From Chlorobiota bacterium (GTDB lineage: Bacteria > Bacteroidota > Ignavibacteria > Kapaibacteriales > UBA2268), in contig JBFHKR010000001.1 of the NCBI GenBank assembly GCA_041595255.1, positions 1,140-65,139 on the forward strand: a DNA stretch of 64,000 nt. Direction: 5' to 3'. This document shows, one piece after another, positions 51,954-61,969 of the stretch. The first letter of the stretch is position 1. Every line of letters starts with the position of its first letter. A program made the translations under genes and the position numbers. The notes under the pieces were generated by a model. The model saw nothing but the letters and a program-made list of their open reading frames with translations, ran no database searches and had not been told where the DNA came from.

Positions 51954-53831
51954 TTGTTTCGATATCTTCTATTATTTATCATAATAACATACTCAGCTAA
52001 ATCTCAAGCTATATTTGAACCTATTTATTTTGTTCAAGATAGTAGCTATATAATTACTGGAACTAATAAATTTCAGAACATTTATAACTTTAGTGATGAA
52101 ATATTTGTAACTCAAAATGGCGAATATGGCCGTTTCTATGTATTGCAAAACTATTATGGTCAAGGCACTCCTCTTGCTAATAGTAGCTCATTCCAAGAAA
52201 CTCAAAAATTAAGACTTAACTATGAATATGAAGTTACCTCTGATTTATTCTTTGTAAATAAGAATAACTGGTTTATTTCTTCAAACACATTAAACTTTGG
52301 TCAAAACAAACTTGAAAGATTAAATTTTCTTTTAGGTAGTAAATATTCATTTCTTCAAAACTCCTTTATGGAGGGAGGGTATGGGAAAGAACGCAATACA
52401 ACTGTAGGTATAGAAACAATAGGTGACTATTATTATGCTAACTATTCAGTAAGTAATCTAGAATTAGAAGATCTTTATATAAATAGTCAAGGGTTTGCAG
52501 ATATAGTAAATTTAGATGATGGTAGAGTGAATAAAGATATAAACTTTAGATTAAGTGCTTTAAAGTCCTTTGATGAAAGAAGTTCAATATTCTTTGATAT
52601 AGGATTATTGAATCGTAATAGAGATAATCCAGAAATAAATCCAGGCTTAGTGGATATACCCATAAGACGGAGACAATCTGATAAAATACAGATGAGTACC
52701 AGTTTAAATTTCTATTTATCTGATAAAATTTCTAATATTATTTCGATAGGATTAAATAATGAACTTATTTCGAACAATTATCTTTCTAGCTATAATTCCA
52801 TCAATGAATCTAATTTTAAACGTGAAGTTGATATTTATAACTTTGATATATCAAATACACTAAACTACAGAGCTATTGACTTCAATCTATTTTCATATAT
52901 AAATTATAATAGAACAAATGAAGATTACTCTGCTTTAAATATTTTAAACCTTCCAGCTAATCAATTCGAAATATATAGAAATGACCAAAACAGGCAAGAT
53001 AGAGTTGAATCATATTTTAATATGAAATTAAATAGTTTTATAAACCTTTCCAACAAAGATTCACTAAGTATAGGCACTGACTATAGGTTGCTTAGATATG
53101 ATACACCATCTGATAAAAATAATGATGACAGGGATGAGTTATCATTAGCAGGAGATATAGAGTATATTAGAAGAGTTTCTAATATACTTTCAATTGGTAT
53201 TCGCAATGAATTTAGATTCTTTCATTATGTGTATTTAAAATCACAGAGAAGTTCTTCGAATAATTGGAATAGAATTATTAAAATGGCTCCAACTATTATT
53301 ATTAAGTCTAATTATTTCTACTATAAACCTATATTAGGAATAAATGCCAATTATACAACTTATGATTTTGAAAATATAGTTACTGGAATAAATAGTTTTA
53401 GTTTTCGAGAAGTTTCATATCTAGATTCAATACAAATAAAGCTTGCTAATCAAACTTTCTTTGAAACTAAAAATGAAATGAGATATTCTGAAAGAGGGAT
53501 ACTTTACTGGAATGTATTTGCAGAGCAACCTCAAAGATCTAATTTTGAGTTATTTTTGAGAGGAATTTTTATTAAAAGAACTGAATATTATATTGTTGGA
53601 TGTGGATTAAGGTATTTTAAAAGAAAAGATATTCGCATAAGTGAGTTTATTTCACAAAATAATGTTATTTTAAACGACTTTGAATCATTAGCTCCAGAAT
53701 TGATTTTAGAATATATATTCGATTCGGGTAATTCTTTCAAATTAGATTTTTGGTACGAATTTCAATCTATAAATTTGATTAAAAAGAACGAATTGGTGAA
53801 TTTTTATTTATCTACAAATATAAAGTTATGA
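51954..53831 (+). CDS. Large secreted/outer-membrane beta-barrel-like protein, hypothetical
   Basis: 625 aa from a TTG start. Signal peptide (cleavage near SQA). Tyr/Asn-rich alternating-strand composition over the whole length. No recognisable motif. Confidence 0.45.
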   Translation: MFRYLLLFIIITYSAKSQAIFEPIYFVQDSSYIITGTNKFQNIYNFSDEIFVTQNGEYGRFYVLQNYYGQGTPLANSSSFQETQKLRLNYEYEVTSDLFFVNKNNWFISSNTLNFGQNKLERLNFLLGSKYSFLQNSFMEGGYGKERNTTVGIETIGDYYYANYSVSNLELEDLYINSQGFADIVNLDDGRVNKDINFRLSALKSFDERSSIFFDIGLLNRNRDNPEINPGLVDIPIRRRQSDKIQMSTSLNFYLSDKISNIISIGLNNELISNNYLSSYNSINESNFKREVDIYNFDISNTLNYRAIDFNLFSYINYNRTNEDYSALNILNLPANQFEIYRNDQNRQDRVESYFNMKLNSFINLSNKDSLSIGTDYRLLRYDTPSDKNNDDRDELSLAGDIEYIRRVSNILSIGIRNEFRFFHYVYLKSQRSSSNNWNRIIKMAPTIIIKSNYFYYKPILGINANYTTYDFENIVTGINSFSFREVSYLDSIQIKLANQTFFETKNEMRYSERGILYWNVFAEQPQRSNFELFLRGIFIKRTEYYIVGCGLRYFKRKDIRISEFISQNNVILNDFESLAPELILEYIFDSGNSFKLDFWYEFQSINLIKKNELVNFYLSTNIKL

Positions 53832-54232
53832 CGAAAGAACTATTAATATCTACCGACAACAATACTTTGGTAAAAGCTGAAGAATTCTTGAATGATTTTA
53901 GATCTGAGTATCTTATAGAGCTAGATAACAGTTTTATGAATATATTGATAGCATTTACTGAAGCAGTTAATAATGCTATATACCACGGCAATAAGAAAGA
54001 TGAAAGTAAAAAAGTTCTGATTAAGTTAGAAAAGAATTCTAAGTATTTCGTTATTTATGTTCGCGATGAAGGAAATGGTTTTATTGAATCTGAAGTACCA
54101 GACCCAACATTACCCGAAAATCTGCTAAAACAATCAGGTAGAGGTGTATTTTTGATTCGTAAATTAACAGATGAAGTGGATATTATAAGTACTAGTGGTG
54201 GGACTGAGGTCAAGATGGGGTTTAGACTATGA
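53828..54232 (+). CDS. RsbW/SpoIIAB-like anti-sigma-factor-type serine kinase (GHKL HATPase_c_2)
   Basis: 134 aa. N-box EAVNNAIYHGN, G1 box VRDEGNGF and G2-like SGRGVFLI. ATGA overlap with the upstream gene and ATGA-type overlap with the downstream gene. Confidence 0.7.
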   Translation: MTKELLISTDNNTLVKAEEFLNDFRSEYLIELDNSFMNILIAFTEAVNNAIYHGNKKDESKKVLIKLEKNSKYFVIYVRDEGNGFIESEVPDPTLPENLLKQSGRGVFLIRKLTDEVDIISTSGGTEVKMGFRL

Positions 54233-56331
54233 AATATGATAACAAAAGTGATATGTTGAGTCAACTTAAAAATATATTATCTCAAAGAGATAAATTTAAA
54301 ATAATTAATATAAATGGAGAGTTTCTAACAGGTAAAACTTCTGCAATACAAGAATTAATAACAGATATAGAATTTATAAATCAATATAATGTATATACTT
54401 ATGTAAATGACTGGGAAAAGTACAATTATTTATTCGATATCACCTCTGATTTCTTTGAGAATTCTAATCTACAACACCCTGAATTTACTTTCAATGAATC
54501 AAAATATTTTGTAAATAGTTTCTTTGATACATTAAGCACTTTAAATATATCAAATAAGGATTTATTCAATGAAGTGAATGAATATTTATTAATTGAGAAT
54601 AATTTAGAGCTTAATGAATCATTAAAAAAGAAAATAGAAGTTAGTGTAAAAAACGATCTGAAAAAAAATTTACTATTGTATTATTATGAGATAAGTATAG
54701 AATGCTTAATAGCAGATTTACTTAACAATTTCTTTCCATTGAATAATCAGATTGAGTCACTATCAGATTATTTATTATCTAGAGAACCAATTAAAATAAT
54801 GCTAATATTTGATGATGCCCAATCTATTTCTTCGAAAATTGAAAAATGGTTCGAAGAATTCTTCTCATATTTGACAGCAAAAAGATTGGGTGATTTATTA
54901 CTTTATGACTACAAAGGTAAGGACTCTCAAATTAAGTTAGGGGAGTTTTTTACTATCGACTTGCTTTATATAAGTAGAAACAAATCAATAAAGATAGTTG
55001 GTAATGACATAAAAACAGATTATTTAGAATTGACTTATCCGAAGAATAAAGAATATATTGCAGATAATTCCGAATTGCCACCAGATTTAGATATTGATGG
55101 TTTACCAATACTTGGGATTCCTTTGTTGGCTGAATATTATGTACAAATTGAGGAAGATAAAGACAATGCTACAGCCGTTTATGCTGTTAATCATCTTCTC
55201 AAGTATATTCCTGCAGAATTTCAAAGGTTGATAATATTCTCCTCAATATTTGAAGAATTTACACTTAAAGAAATAAACCTATTTGAAGAAATAAAAATAA
55301 ATGAAAATGATTTTAATAATCTGTTACCAAATTTAGATTTTATTACTAATTCAGATTATGGATTTAAAATTAATTCGAAAGAAAAAACTTTACTTTTCGC
55401 AGTTTATCAACTGATTTTTAATGATATAGATTCAATGCAATTAATAAATATTAGTAAAGCTTTGAAATCTAATTTTCCAAATTTTTCATATACTGAATTC
55501 GAATTAATAAGAGAATTAGCATATTTTAAAAATTTTGATAAGACCTTCATGTTAGAACATTATTTTGATAATGATAAAAATCTAACACAGTTACTAGAAA
55601 TTAGGAATGATTTCTTTATTAAAGATAAGTCTTTCTATTCCTTAAAAACAGAATATTCTCAAATATTAATGCAATATAATACTATAAGAGATAGTAATAT
55701 TCGAAATGAGAAATTAAGTAGTATAGAAAATATATTTTTAAAATATAAAGATGAGATTGAAAAAAGAAACAAAGTATTGCAAGAAGATGTAATAAATGTA
55801 GGAAATGAAATAAAAGAGTTTCGTAAAGATAAAGAACAAATGGTAACTAAATCTGAAAGTTTAGGAAAAACCAGTATTTCTTTGCGTAATGAGATAAATG
55901 AAATAGATAACGATCTTAAACCATTTATCCATCAGAATTCAAAACAAAAAAGCACGATAAACTTTATAGCATTGATAATATCTGTAGCAATTATATTCAA
56001 TTCAGATAGGATTGCTGAATTGATATTCGGAAATTCATCAGACTTTGATTATATTATTGTTATAACTTTTATTTTACTTTTAGTTCTGTATGGGAATGGA
56101 TTACTCAGGTATTTCAGAGTAAAGTTTAAATCAGAAGAGCTACATGCTCTAAAACAAAGTAAGAGTAATAAAGAAAAAGAATATGAGAAAATTACGAGTG
56201 AATTAGAAATACTTAATGCAGACATAAGAGCAAAGGAATCTAAAATAGAGGATTTAAATCGACATATAGAAAGGATGAATATTCAGATTTTTGAAAATAA
56301 ACAAAAGTTAGAAAGAAGTACTTTAAACTAA
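54229..56331 (+). CDS. Membrane-anchored P-loop NTPase with coiled-coil regions, hypothetical
   Basis: 700 aa. Walker A KIININGEFLTGKTS (GxxxxGKT) and Walker B-like IKIMLIFDDAQ. A long helical middle region is followed by a coiled coil, two TM helices (INFIALIISVAIIF, YIIVITFILLLVLYGNGLL) and a C-terminal coiled coil. Confidence 0.5.
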   Translation: MKYDNKSDMLSQLKNILSQRDKFKIININGEFLTGKTSAIQELITDIEFINQYNVYTYVNDWEKYNYLFDITSDFFENSNLQHPEFTFNESKYFVNSFFDTLSTLNISNKDLFNEVNEYLLIENNLELNESLKKKIEVSVKNDLKKNLLLYYYEISIECLIADLLNNFFPLNNQIESLSDYLLSREPIKIMLIFDDAQSISSKIEKWFEEFFSYLTAKRLGDLLLYDYKGKDSQIKLGEFFTIDLLYISRNKSIKIVGNDIKTDYLELTYPKNKEYIADNSELPPDLDIDGLPILGIPLLAEYYVQIEEDKDNATAVYAVNHLLKYIPAEFQRLIIFSSIFEEFTLKEINLFEEIKINENDFNNLLPNLDFITNSDYGFKINSKEKTLLFAVYQLIFNDIDSMQLINISKALKSNFPNFSYTEFELIRELAYFKNFDKTFMLEHYFDNDKNLTQLLEIRNDFFIKDKSFYSLKTEYSQILMQYNTIRDSNIRNEKLSSIENIFLKYKDEIEKRNKVLQEDVINVGNEIKEFRKDKEQMVTKSESLGKTSISLRNEINEIDNDLKPFIHQNSKQKSTINFIALIISVAIIFNSDRIAELIFGNSSDFDYIIVITFILLLVLYGNGLLRYFRVKFKSEELHALKQSKSNKEKEYEKITSELEILNADIRAKESKIEDLNRHIERMNIQIFENKQKLERSTLN

Positions 56332-56969
56332 GGGTACAATCTTTCTATTTCCCATTTATTAGACTTTAACTTATATTGAATTCTATCATGCAAACGGCTT
56401 TCTCTACCTTGCCAAAATTCGAATGATATTGGTTTTATCAAATATCCACCCCAATGTATAGGTCGTGGAGGATTGTCAGGGAATTTTGCTTTTAATTCAA
56501 TTATCTTCGATTCGATTTCACTTTTAGAATTAAGTGGAGAGCTTTGATCCGATGCAATTGCACCAATCCTACTTTCATAAGGTCTTGAATAAAAATATTT
56601 ATCAGATTCTTCTGGAGATAATTTCTCAACATAGCCATTAATTCTTACTTGTCTTTCTAATTTATCCCAATAGAATAGCATAGAAGCATTAGGGTTTTCA
56701 GATAATTCTTTTCCTTTCTCACTCAAATAATTAGTAAAAAATTGAAATCCGTTTTCATCAAATGATTTAAGTAACACGATTCTAGAAGAAGGCATCATAT
56801 CTATTCCACAAGTTGATAAATTAAATGCAGTTGGATCATAGAATAAATTAGACTTTATTGCAATTTCAAACCAGTCTTTGAACTGGTAAAATGGGGAAGA
56901 GTGGACATCACTTAAATCTAAAGAAAATTTCGTATATTCTTGTCTTATCTCAGATAAATTCTCAATCAT
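56328..56969 (-). CDS. pdxH: Pyridoxamine 5'-phosphate oxidase
   Basis: C-terminal signature IEFWQGRESRLHDRIQYK, FMN-binding core and EIRQEYTK near the N-terminus. The start is taken at the internal Met, MIENLSE. The track ORF extends to 57041 and overlaps the next gene. Confidence 0.85.
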   Translation of the reverse strand: MIENLSEIRQEYTKFSLDLSDVHSSPFYQFKDWFEIAIKSNLFYDPTAFNLSTCGIDMMPSSRIVLLKSFDENGFQFFTNYLSEKGKELSENPNASMLFYWDKLERQVRINGYVEKLSPEESDKYFYSRPYESRIGAIASDQSSPLNSKSEIESKIIELKAKFPDNPPRPIHWGGYLIKPISFEFWQGRESRLHDRIQYKLKSNKWEIERLYP

Positions 56970-58383
56970 AGCTAAAATACTCTGATAATTTGAAGTCGTA
57001 TCCCTTCGGTTCAAAAAGTCCTGTTGTATCGTCTGAAACATAATCTCCTATTACTTTACCATCTATTATATTTTTAATAGCTTGTATTAAATAGTCAACT
57101 TCTTCAAATGTATTGTATATACCAAAACTAACTCGAATTGCTCCGGGTAAATCTACTTTACGTTTGCAAATAATATCATTTTTCAACTTTTGGGCAGTGT
57201 TTTCGTCTATATTCATTAGTTTAGCTATATAAGGATGGGTGCAAAAACAACCAGTTCGCACTCCAATTCCGTATTCATGCGCTAAAATTGAGCCTACATA
57301 ATTATAGTGCATATCTTTTAGATTGAATGCTATAACTCCTAATTTATCCTCGAGAGTGTCAAAATCTGTTTCTACAAGTAAATCTATTTCTGGAATTTCA
57401 TCAAATTTCTTCAAAATGTACTTTGTTAACTCTAATTCATGTTCTGCAACATAATCCATACCATAATCATCTAATTGCTTACATGCTGCAGCCATTGCAA
57501 TTCCACCTATAGTATTAGGAGAACCTGCTTCTTCTTTGAATGGAAGTGCTGCCCATACAGTTTCTAAATGGGTAACATATGCAGCCATACCTCCTCCTAC
57601 AAATTCGGGGTCACCTTCTTCGCATAAATCCCTAGGGCAAAGCAAAACACCAGAACCATATGGCGCATATAATTTATGAGAAGACATTACTAAAAAATCA
57701 ATATGTTGTGGATCGTCACATGGTTTCATATCTATTTTTCTATGAGGTGCAAGCTGAGCCGCATCTAAACAAAACTTAGCACCTACAGAATGGGCTATCT
57801 CTGCTACTTCGTGATACGGATTTACGAATCCTGATACATTAGAAGCACCTGTAAGTGTAATTAGTTTTATTCTTTTACCATATTGTTTGATTTTGTTATT
57901 TAGATCATTCATATCCAAATAACCTTTATCATCAACTGCAATATAGTCAACAAAATTATTTCTTCTCCAAGGTAAATCATTAGAATGATGTTCCATGCCA
58001 GATGACAATATGACATCACCTGGATTCAAACATATTCTATAACTCAACTTGTTAATCGCTTCAGTTGTGTTCTTAACAAATATTGTAATATATTGTTCTG
58101 GATCTGCATTTACAAACTTCGATACTATATCATGTGCTTGATCAAAAGCTTCAGTAGAAATAAAGGATTTTATGCCTTGACCTCTGTGAATTGCAGAATA
58201 ATAATCAATTGCTTCATTAACTTTATTTCTCACTGAAAGGAATGAAGGAGTGCTTGCCGCATTATCAAAAAAAGTATATTGACGCATAGTGCCATCTAAT
58301 AATCTCACTTTCTTATCTAAGCCAGCAATATTTTTCCTTATTTCATCAGTTTTATTACTAATTAACTCTTTTGTGCTAAGCAT
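56962..58383 (-). CDS. Class V aminotransferase-fold PLP enzyme, cysteine desulfurase-like
   Basis: 473 aa. PLP-Lys context SSHKLYAPYGSGVLL, the fold-type I N-terminal region and a conserved Cys near the C-terminus (GCFCTHP). Confidence 0.72.
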   Translation of the reverse strand: MLSTKELISNKTDEIRKNIAGLDKKVRLLDGTMRQYTFFDNAASTPSFLSVRNKVNEAIDYYSAIHRGQGIKSFISTEAFDQAHDIVSKFVNADPEQYITIFVKNTTEAINKLSYRICLNPGDVILSSGMEHHSNDLPWRRNNFVDYIAVDDKGYLDMNDLNNKIKQYGKRIKLITLTGASNVSGFVNPYHEVAEIAHSVGAKFCLDAAQLAPHRKIDMKPCDDPQHIDFLVMSSHKLYAPYGSGVLLCPRDLCEEGDPEFVGGGMAAYVTHLETVWAALPFKEEAGSPNTIGGIAMAAACKQLDDYGMDYVAEHELELTKYILKKFDEIPEIDLLVETDFDTLEDKLGVIAFNLKDMHYNYVGSILAHEYGIGVRTGCFCTHPYIAKLMNIDENTAQKLKNDIICKRKVDLPGAIRVSFGIYNTFEEVDYLIQAIKNIIDGKVIGDYVSDDTTGLFEPKGYDFKLSEYFSYD

Positions 58384-58394
58384 AAGTACCTCAT

Positions 58395-58417
58395 AAAAAA
58401 GGGCAATATTATTGCCC
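58395..58417 (-). terminator. Rho-independent terminator downstream of gcvH
   Basis: Hairpin gggcaata-tt-attgccc preceded by an A-run on plus, read as a T-run on the minus strand. Confidence 0.6.
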
Positions 58418-58429
58418 TATAAATTAAAT

Positions 58430-58807
58430 TTAGTGTCCTATTGATTCTTTATATGAACTAGCGTCCATTAATTCATCTAATTCATTTGAATCAGATAATT
58501 CTATTTTTACTATCCATCCATCTCCGTAAGCGTCATTATTAACAACTTCAGGATTGTCATTAAGACTAGTATTTATTTCGGTTATAGTTCCAGATATAGG
58601 CGAGTACATATCTGCAACAGTTTTTACTGCTTCAATCGTACCTATTGTATCTCCTTTTGAAACAGTTCCATCCATTTCTATATCAATGTAAACAACATCG
58701 CCTAACTCACTTGCAGCGTGATCTGTTACACCAACAGTTGCTATATTTCCTTCTACTCTGACCCACTCGTGATCATCAGTATATTTCAAATCTTCTGGGA
58801 AGTTCAT
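58430..58807 (-). CDS. gcvH: Glycine cleavage system protein H
   Basis: About 125 aa from MNFPEDLKYTDDHEWVRVEG. Lipoyl-lysine context GTIEAVKTVADMYSPISG. Confidence 0.9.
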   Translation of the reverse strand: MNFPEDLKYTDDHEWVRVEGNIATVGVTDHAASELGDVVYIDIEMDGTVSKGDTIGTIEAVKTVADMYSPISGTITEINTSLNDNPEVVNNDAYGDGWIVKIELSDSNELDELMDASSYKESIGH

Positions 58808-58878
58808 CTTTTCTCCTTTTAATAAAAATTGGTTCCACAAATATAAAGAATTTACTAAAATTTTCTTACCTTAATATA

Positions 58879-59130
58879 TTGATTTGTTCAAAACACCAAA
58901 AAGTTCTTATGATTTCAAAATTTGTCGAACACCCCAATGATTTAGGAGAGTCTTATTTTACTCATTTCAGTAAGGCATGTAGTTTCGGTTTTAAAATGTT
59001 GAAATTATCATTTATTTGTTTTTCTCATGCTGTTTTGCCTTGGACTTTCGAAAAGAAAGCTTCTGAAGAGATTATTGATATGGCAGAAGAAATGGAAGAA
59101 AGACGTGAGTTAGCTGAATGTGAAGATTAA
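58879..59130 (+). CDS. Small hypothetical protein
   Basis: 83 aa. A lone plus-strand ORF between minus-strand genes, followed by a hairpin. No recognisable domain. Confidence 0.3.
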   Translation: MICSKHQKVLMISKFVEHPNDLGESYFTHFSKACSFGFKMLKLSFICFSHAVLPWTFEKKASEEIIDMAEEMEERRELAECED

Positions 59131-59223
59131 TTCCAATAGCACTCTATTTATATTCTCAATTATTAGTTTGCGGATTTGTTTATTAGATAATTCAAAACGA
59201 TAATCAAGAATTAATATAAATAA

Positions 59224-59257
59224 ATAAAAAAAGCCGAATCTTATAAAAATCCGGCTT
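59224..59257. terminator. Hairpin terminator between small ORF and accC (usable in both directions)
   Basis: Stem aagccg/cggctt with a 15-nt loop. An A-run lies upstream and a T-run downstream. Confidence 0.45.
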
Positions 59258-59284
59258 AATCATTTTTTAAAGAGTTTTTTCTTT

Positions 59285-60634
59285 TTAGTCTCTCAGTTCC
59301 ATCCAATTGTGACGTTCTAAATATTTCGTGTCTATATTACCAGAAATGAAATCTTCATTGTCCATCATCCATCTGTGGAAAGGAATAGTAGTTTTAATAC
59401 CCTCTATCACCATTTCGTCCAATGCTCTTCTCATTTTTGCAATTGCTTCATCTCTAGTTGGTGCAAAAGTGATAAGTTTTGCAATCATTGAATCATAGAA
59501 TGGAGGTACTTTATATCCCTGATAAACATGTGAATCAACTCTAATCCCTCTTCCACCAGGGAAATGCAAACTTGTTATTTCACCAGGAGTAGGTCTAAAT
59601 CCATTCTCGGGATCTTCTGCATTAATTCGACATTCTATACTATGATAAACTGGTTTCTTCTCTTTTAATGTTAGTTTCGATCCGCCAGCAACTCTAATTT
59701 GTTCTTGTATCAAATCTATAGCAAGTGACTCTTCAGTAACTGGGTGTTCTACTTGAATTCGGGTATTCATTTCCATAAAGAAGAAGTTCATATCTTTGTC
59801 AACTAAATACTCAATAGTACCAGGTCCCACATAGTTAACTGCTTTTCCACCTTCCACTGAAACTTTACCCATTTCATCTCTAAGCTTTTGACTAAGAACT
59901 GGGGAAGGTACCTCTTCAATTAGTTTTTGGTGTCTTCTTTGGATTGAACATTCACGTTCATTCAAATGAATTACATTACCAAATTTATCACCCATAATTT
60001 GAATCTCAATATGTCGAGATCCAATAACAAGTTTTTCTAAGTATAAATCTGGGTCATTGAAAGAAACAGCAGCTTCGTTTGACGCTGTTTTATATGCATT
60101 CTCAAAGTCACTCTCTTTTTCAACTATTCTCATCCCTTTACCACCGCCACCTGAAACAGCTTTCAATAAAACTGGATATCCGATACGAGCGGCAACTTTT
60201 TTCCCGTCTTCAATGCTTTTTAATATACCATCACTACCTGGTACAACGGGAACACCAGCAGCTTTCATAGTATCTTTTGCAACTGATTTATTACCCATTT
60301 TAGAAATAGCTTCTGCACTTGGGCCAACAAATGTGATTCCGTGTTCATTACATATATTTACAAAGTCAGCTTTTTCAGAAAGAAAACCATATCCGGGATG
60401 AATCGCATCGGCGTTAGTTACTTCTGCCGCAGCTATTATCGAAGGTATATGTAAATAGCTTTCTTTACTAGAAGCAGGTCCTATACAAACAGCTTCGTCA
60501 GCAAACTTAGTATGCAAAGAAAATCTATCTGCCTCAGAATAAACAGCTACTGTTTGTATTCCCATCTCTTTACAAGCTCGGATGATTCTCAGTGCTATTT
60601 CACCACGATTGGCAATTAGTAATTTTTTTATCAT
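59285..60634 (-). CDS. accC: Biotin carboxylase (acetyl-CoA carboxylase subunit)
   Basis: 449 aa. [21 protein letters not shown]-terminus, an ATP-grasp domain and [14 protein letters not shown]. Confidence 0.95.
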   Translation of the reverse strand: MIKKLLIANRGEIALRIIRACKEMGIQTVAVYSEADRFSLHTKFADEAVCIGPASSKESYLHIPSIIAAAEVTNADAIHPGYGFLSEKADFVNICNEHGITFVGPSAEAISKMGNKSVAKDTMKAAGVPVVPGSDGILKSIEDGKKVAARIGYPVLLKAVSGGGGKGMRIVEKESDFENAYKTASNEAAVSFNDPDLYLEKLVIGSRHIEIQIMGDKFGNVIHLNERECSIQRRHQKLIEEVPSPVLSQKLRDEMGKVSVEGGKAVNYVGPGTIEYLVDKDMNFFFMEMNTRIQVEHPVTEESLAIDLIQEQIRVAGGSKLTLKEKKPVYHSIECRINAEDPENGFRPTPGEITSLHFPGGRGIRVDSHVYQGYKVPPFYDSMIAKLITFAPTRDEAIAKMRRALDEMVIEGIKTTIPFHRWMMDNEDFISGNIDTKYLERHNWMELRD

Positions 60635-60640
60635 TATATA

Positions 60641-61144
60641 TTAGTTTGGTTTTATGTGAAATAAAACTTGATTGTACTCTACTGCTTCAGTATCATTTGT
60701 TAATATTTTTACTATTTCACCATCAATGTCAGATTCTATTTCATTCATTAATTTCATTGCTTCAACTATGCAAAGAGTTTGTCCTTTCTTTACTTTCTGA
60801 CCAACTTTGACGAAGTCATCAGAATCAGGTGAAGGTGCTCCATAGTAAGTACCTACCATTGGTGCCTTTATTTCATGCAATCCTGAAGCTACATCAACCT
60901 TTGGTTCTGAAGTAGATGTTTGTGGTTGAGGTATAGGAGCAGTTTGCACTTGCTGTGGTTGTGGTTGATAGTTTTGATTCGATGGTAATGCACCAGTAAG
61001 ATTAAAAATTGGAGCATTTCCACTAACCTTATCTTCTTTATTTTTAGAAATCTTGAGTTTTATTCCTTTCTCTTCTATTTCCAAATCTTCTGCAGTACTA
61101 TCATCAAAGATTTTTAATAATTTCTTTAAGTATTGCAAATCCAT
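60641..61144 (-). CDS. accB: Biotin carboxyl carrier protein
   Basis: 167 aa. Pro/Gln-rich linker and a biotinyl-lysine motif [10 protein letters not shown]. Confidence 0.92.
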   Translation of the reverse strand: MDLQYLKKLLKIFDDSTAEDLEIEEKGIKLKISKNKEDKVSGNAPIFNLTGALPSNQNYQPQPQQVQTAPIPQPQTSTSEPKVDVASGLHEIKAPMVGTYYGAPSPDSDDFVKVGQKVKKGQTLCIVEAMKLMNEIESDIDGEIVKILTNDTEAVEYNQVLFHIKPN

Positions 61145-61180
61145 AATTTCCCTTCGGATAAGTTTTTAAAATTAAAACAT

Positions 61181-61219
61181 AAAAAAAGCGTGTCTTTGCA
61201 TTTTACGAAAAACACGCTT
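61181..61219 (-). terminator. Rho-independent terminator downstream of efp
   Basis: Stem aagcgtgt/acacgctt followed by a T-run on the minus strand. Confidence 0.6.
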
Positions 61220-61240
61220 AATAAAAAAGTATTTTCTTTA

Positions 61241-61801
61241 TTATTTTACCCTTTCTATATATGAGTCAGTAGTTGTATCTACTTTTATCATATCATCTTG
61301 ATTGACAAATAAAGGAACTTGAATCTCTGCGCCTGTTTCTAAAGTTGCTGGCTTAAGAGTATTACTTGTTGAATCGCCTTTAAAACCCGGTTCTGTCATA
61401 GTAACTTTCAAACTAACGTGCTGAGGTATTTCAGCAGAAAGTACTGTGTCTCCTTCAAAAGCAAGTTGACAAATTTCACTTTCTTTCAAATATTTGATTT
61501 GATCACCAAGCATTCTCTTGTCTAAAGGAATCTGTTCATAAGTTTCATTACTCATAAAAACATAATTATCGCCTTCTATATATAAAAACTGGTAAGGTCT
61601 TTTTTCTATTCTTACCATTTCTATACTTGATCCAGAATTATATGTGTGCTCTTTTTGTTTGCCTGAGTCTATATCTCTCATTTTAACTTTATAGAAAGCA
61701 CCACCTTTACCTGGCTTACGGAATTCTACATCAGTTATTAGACAAATGTTGCCTTCATAACGCATATATCCGCCTTTGTATAAGTCTGTAGTATCTGCCA
61801 C
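61241..61801 (-). CDS. efp: Elongation factor P
   Basis: 186 aa. Three-domain EF-P with a KPGKGGAF loop (the modified Lys context). Confidence 0.95.
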   Translation of the reverse strand: MADTTDLYKGGYMRYEGNICLITDVEFRKPGKGGAFYKVKMRDIDSGKQKEHTYNSGSSIEMVRIEKRPYQFLYIEGDNYVFMSNETYEQIPLDKRMLGDQIKYLKESEICQLAFEGDTVLSAEIPQHVSLKVTMTEPGFKGDSTSNTLKPATLETGAEIQVPLFVNQDDMIKVDTTTDSYIERVK

Positions 61802-61830
61802 ATTACACCTTTAATATAAATTGTTTTTTG

Positions 61831-61901
61831 AGGTGCCGAACGGACTCGAACCGCCGTACGAGGTTTTGCAGACCTCTGCCTAACCACTCGGCCACGGCAC
61901 C
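61831..61901 (-). tRNA. tRNA-Cys (anticodon GCA)
   Basis: The minus strand reads GGTGCCGTGGCCGAGTGGTTAGGC...anticodon loop CTGCAAA...GGTTCGAGTCC...CGGCACC. Discriminator U73, as expected for Cys. Confidence 0.9.
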
Positions 61902-61969
61902 TTAATATAATAAGATTACAAAATTAATTCTTAATTCTGAATATTGCAAAAACTGTTTACAAATATATG

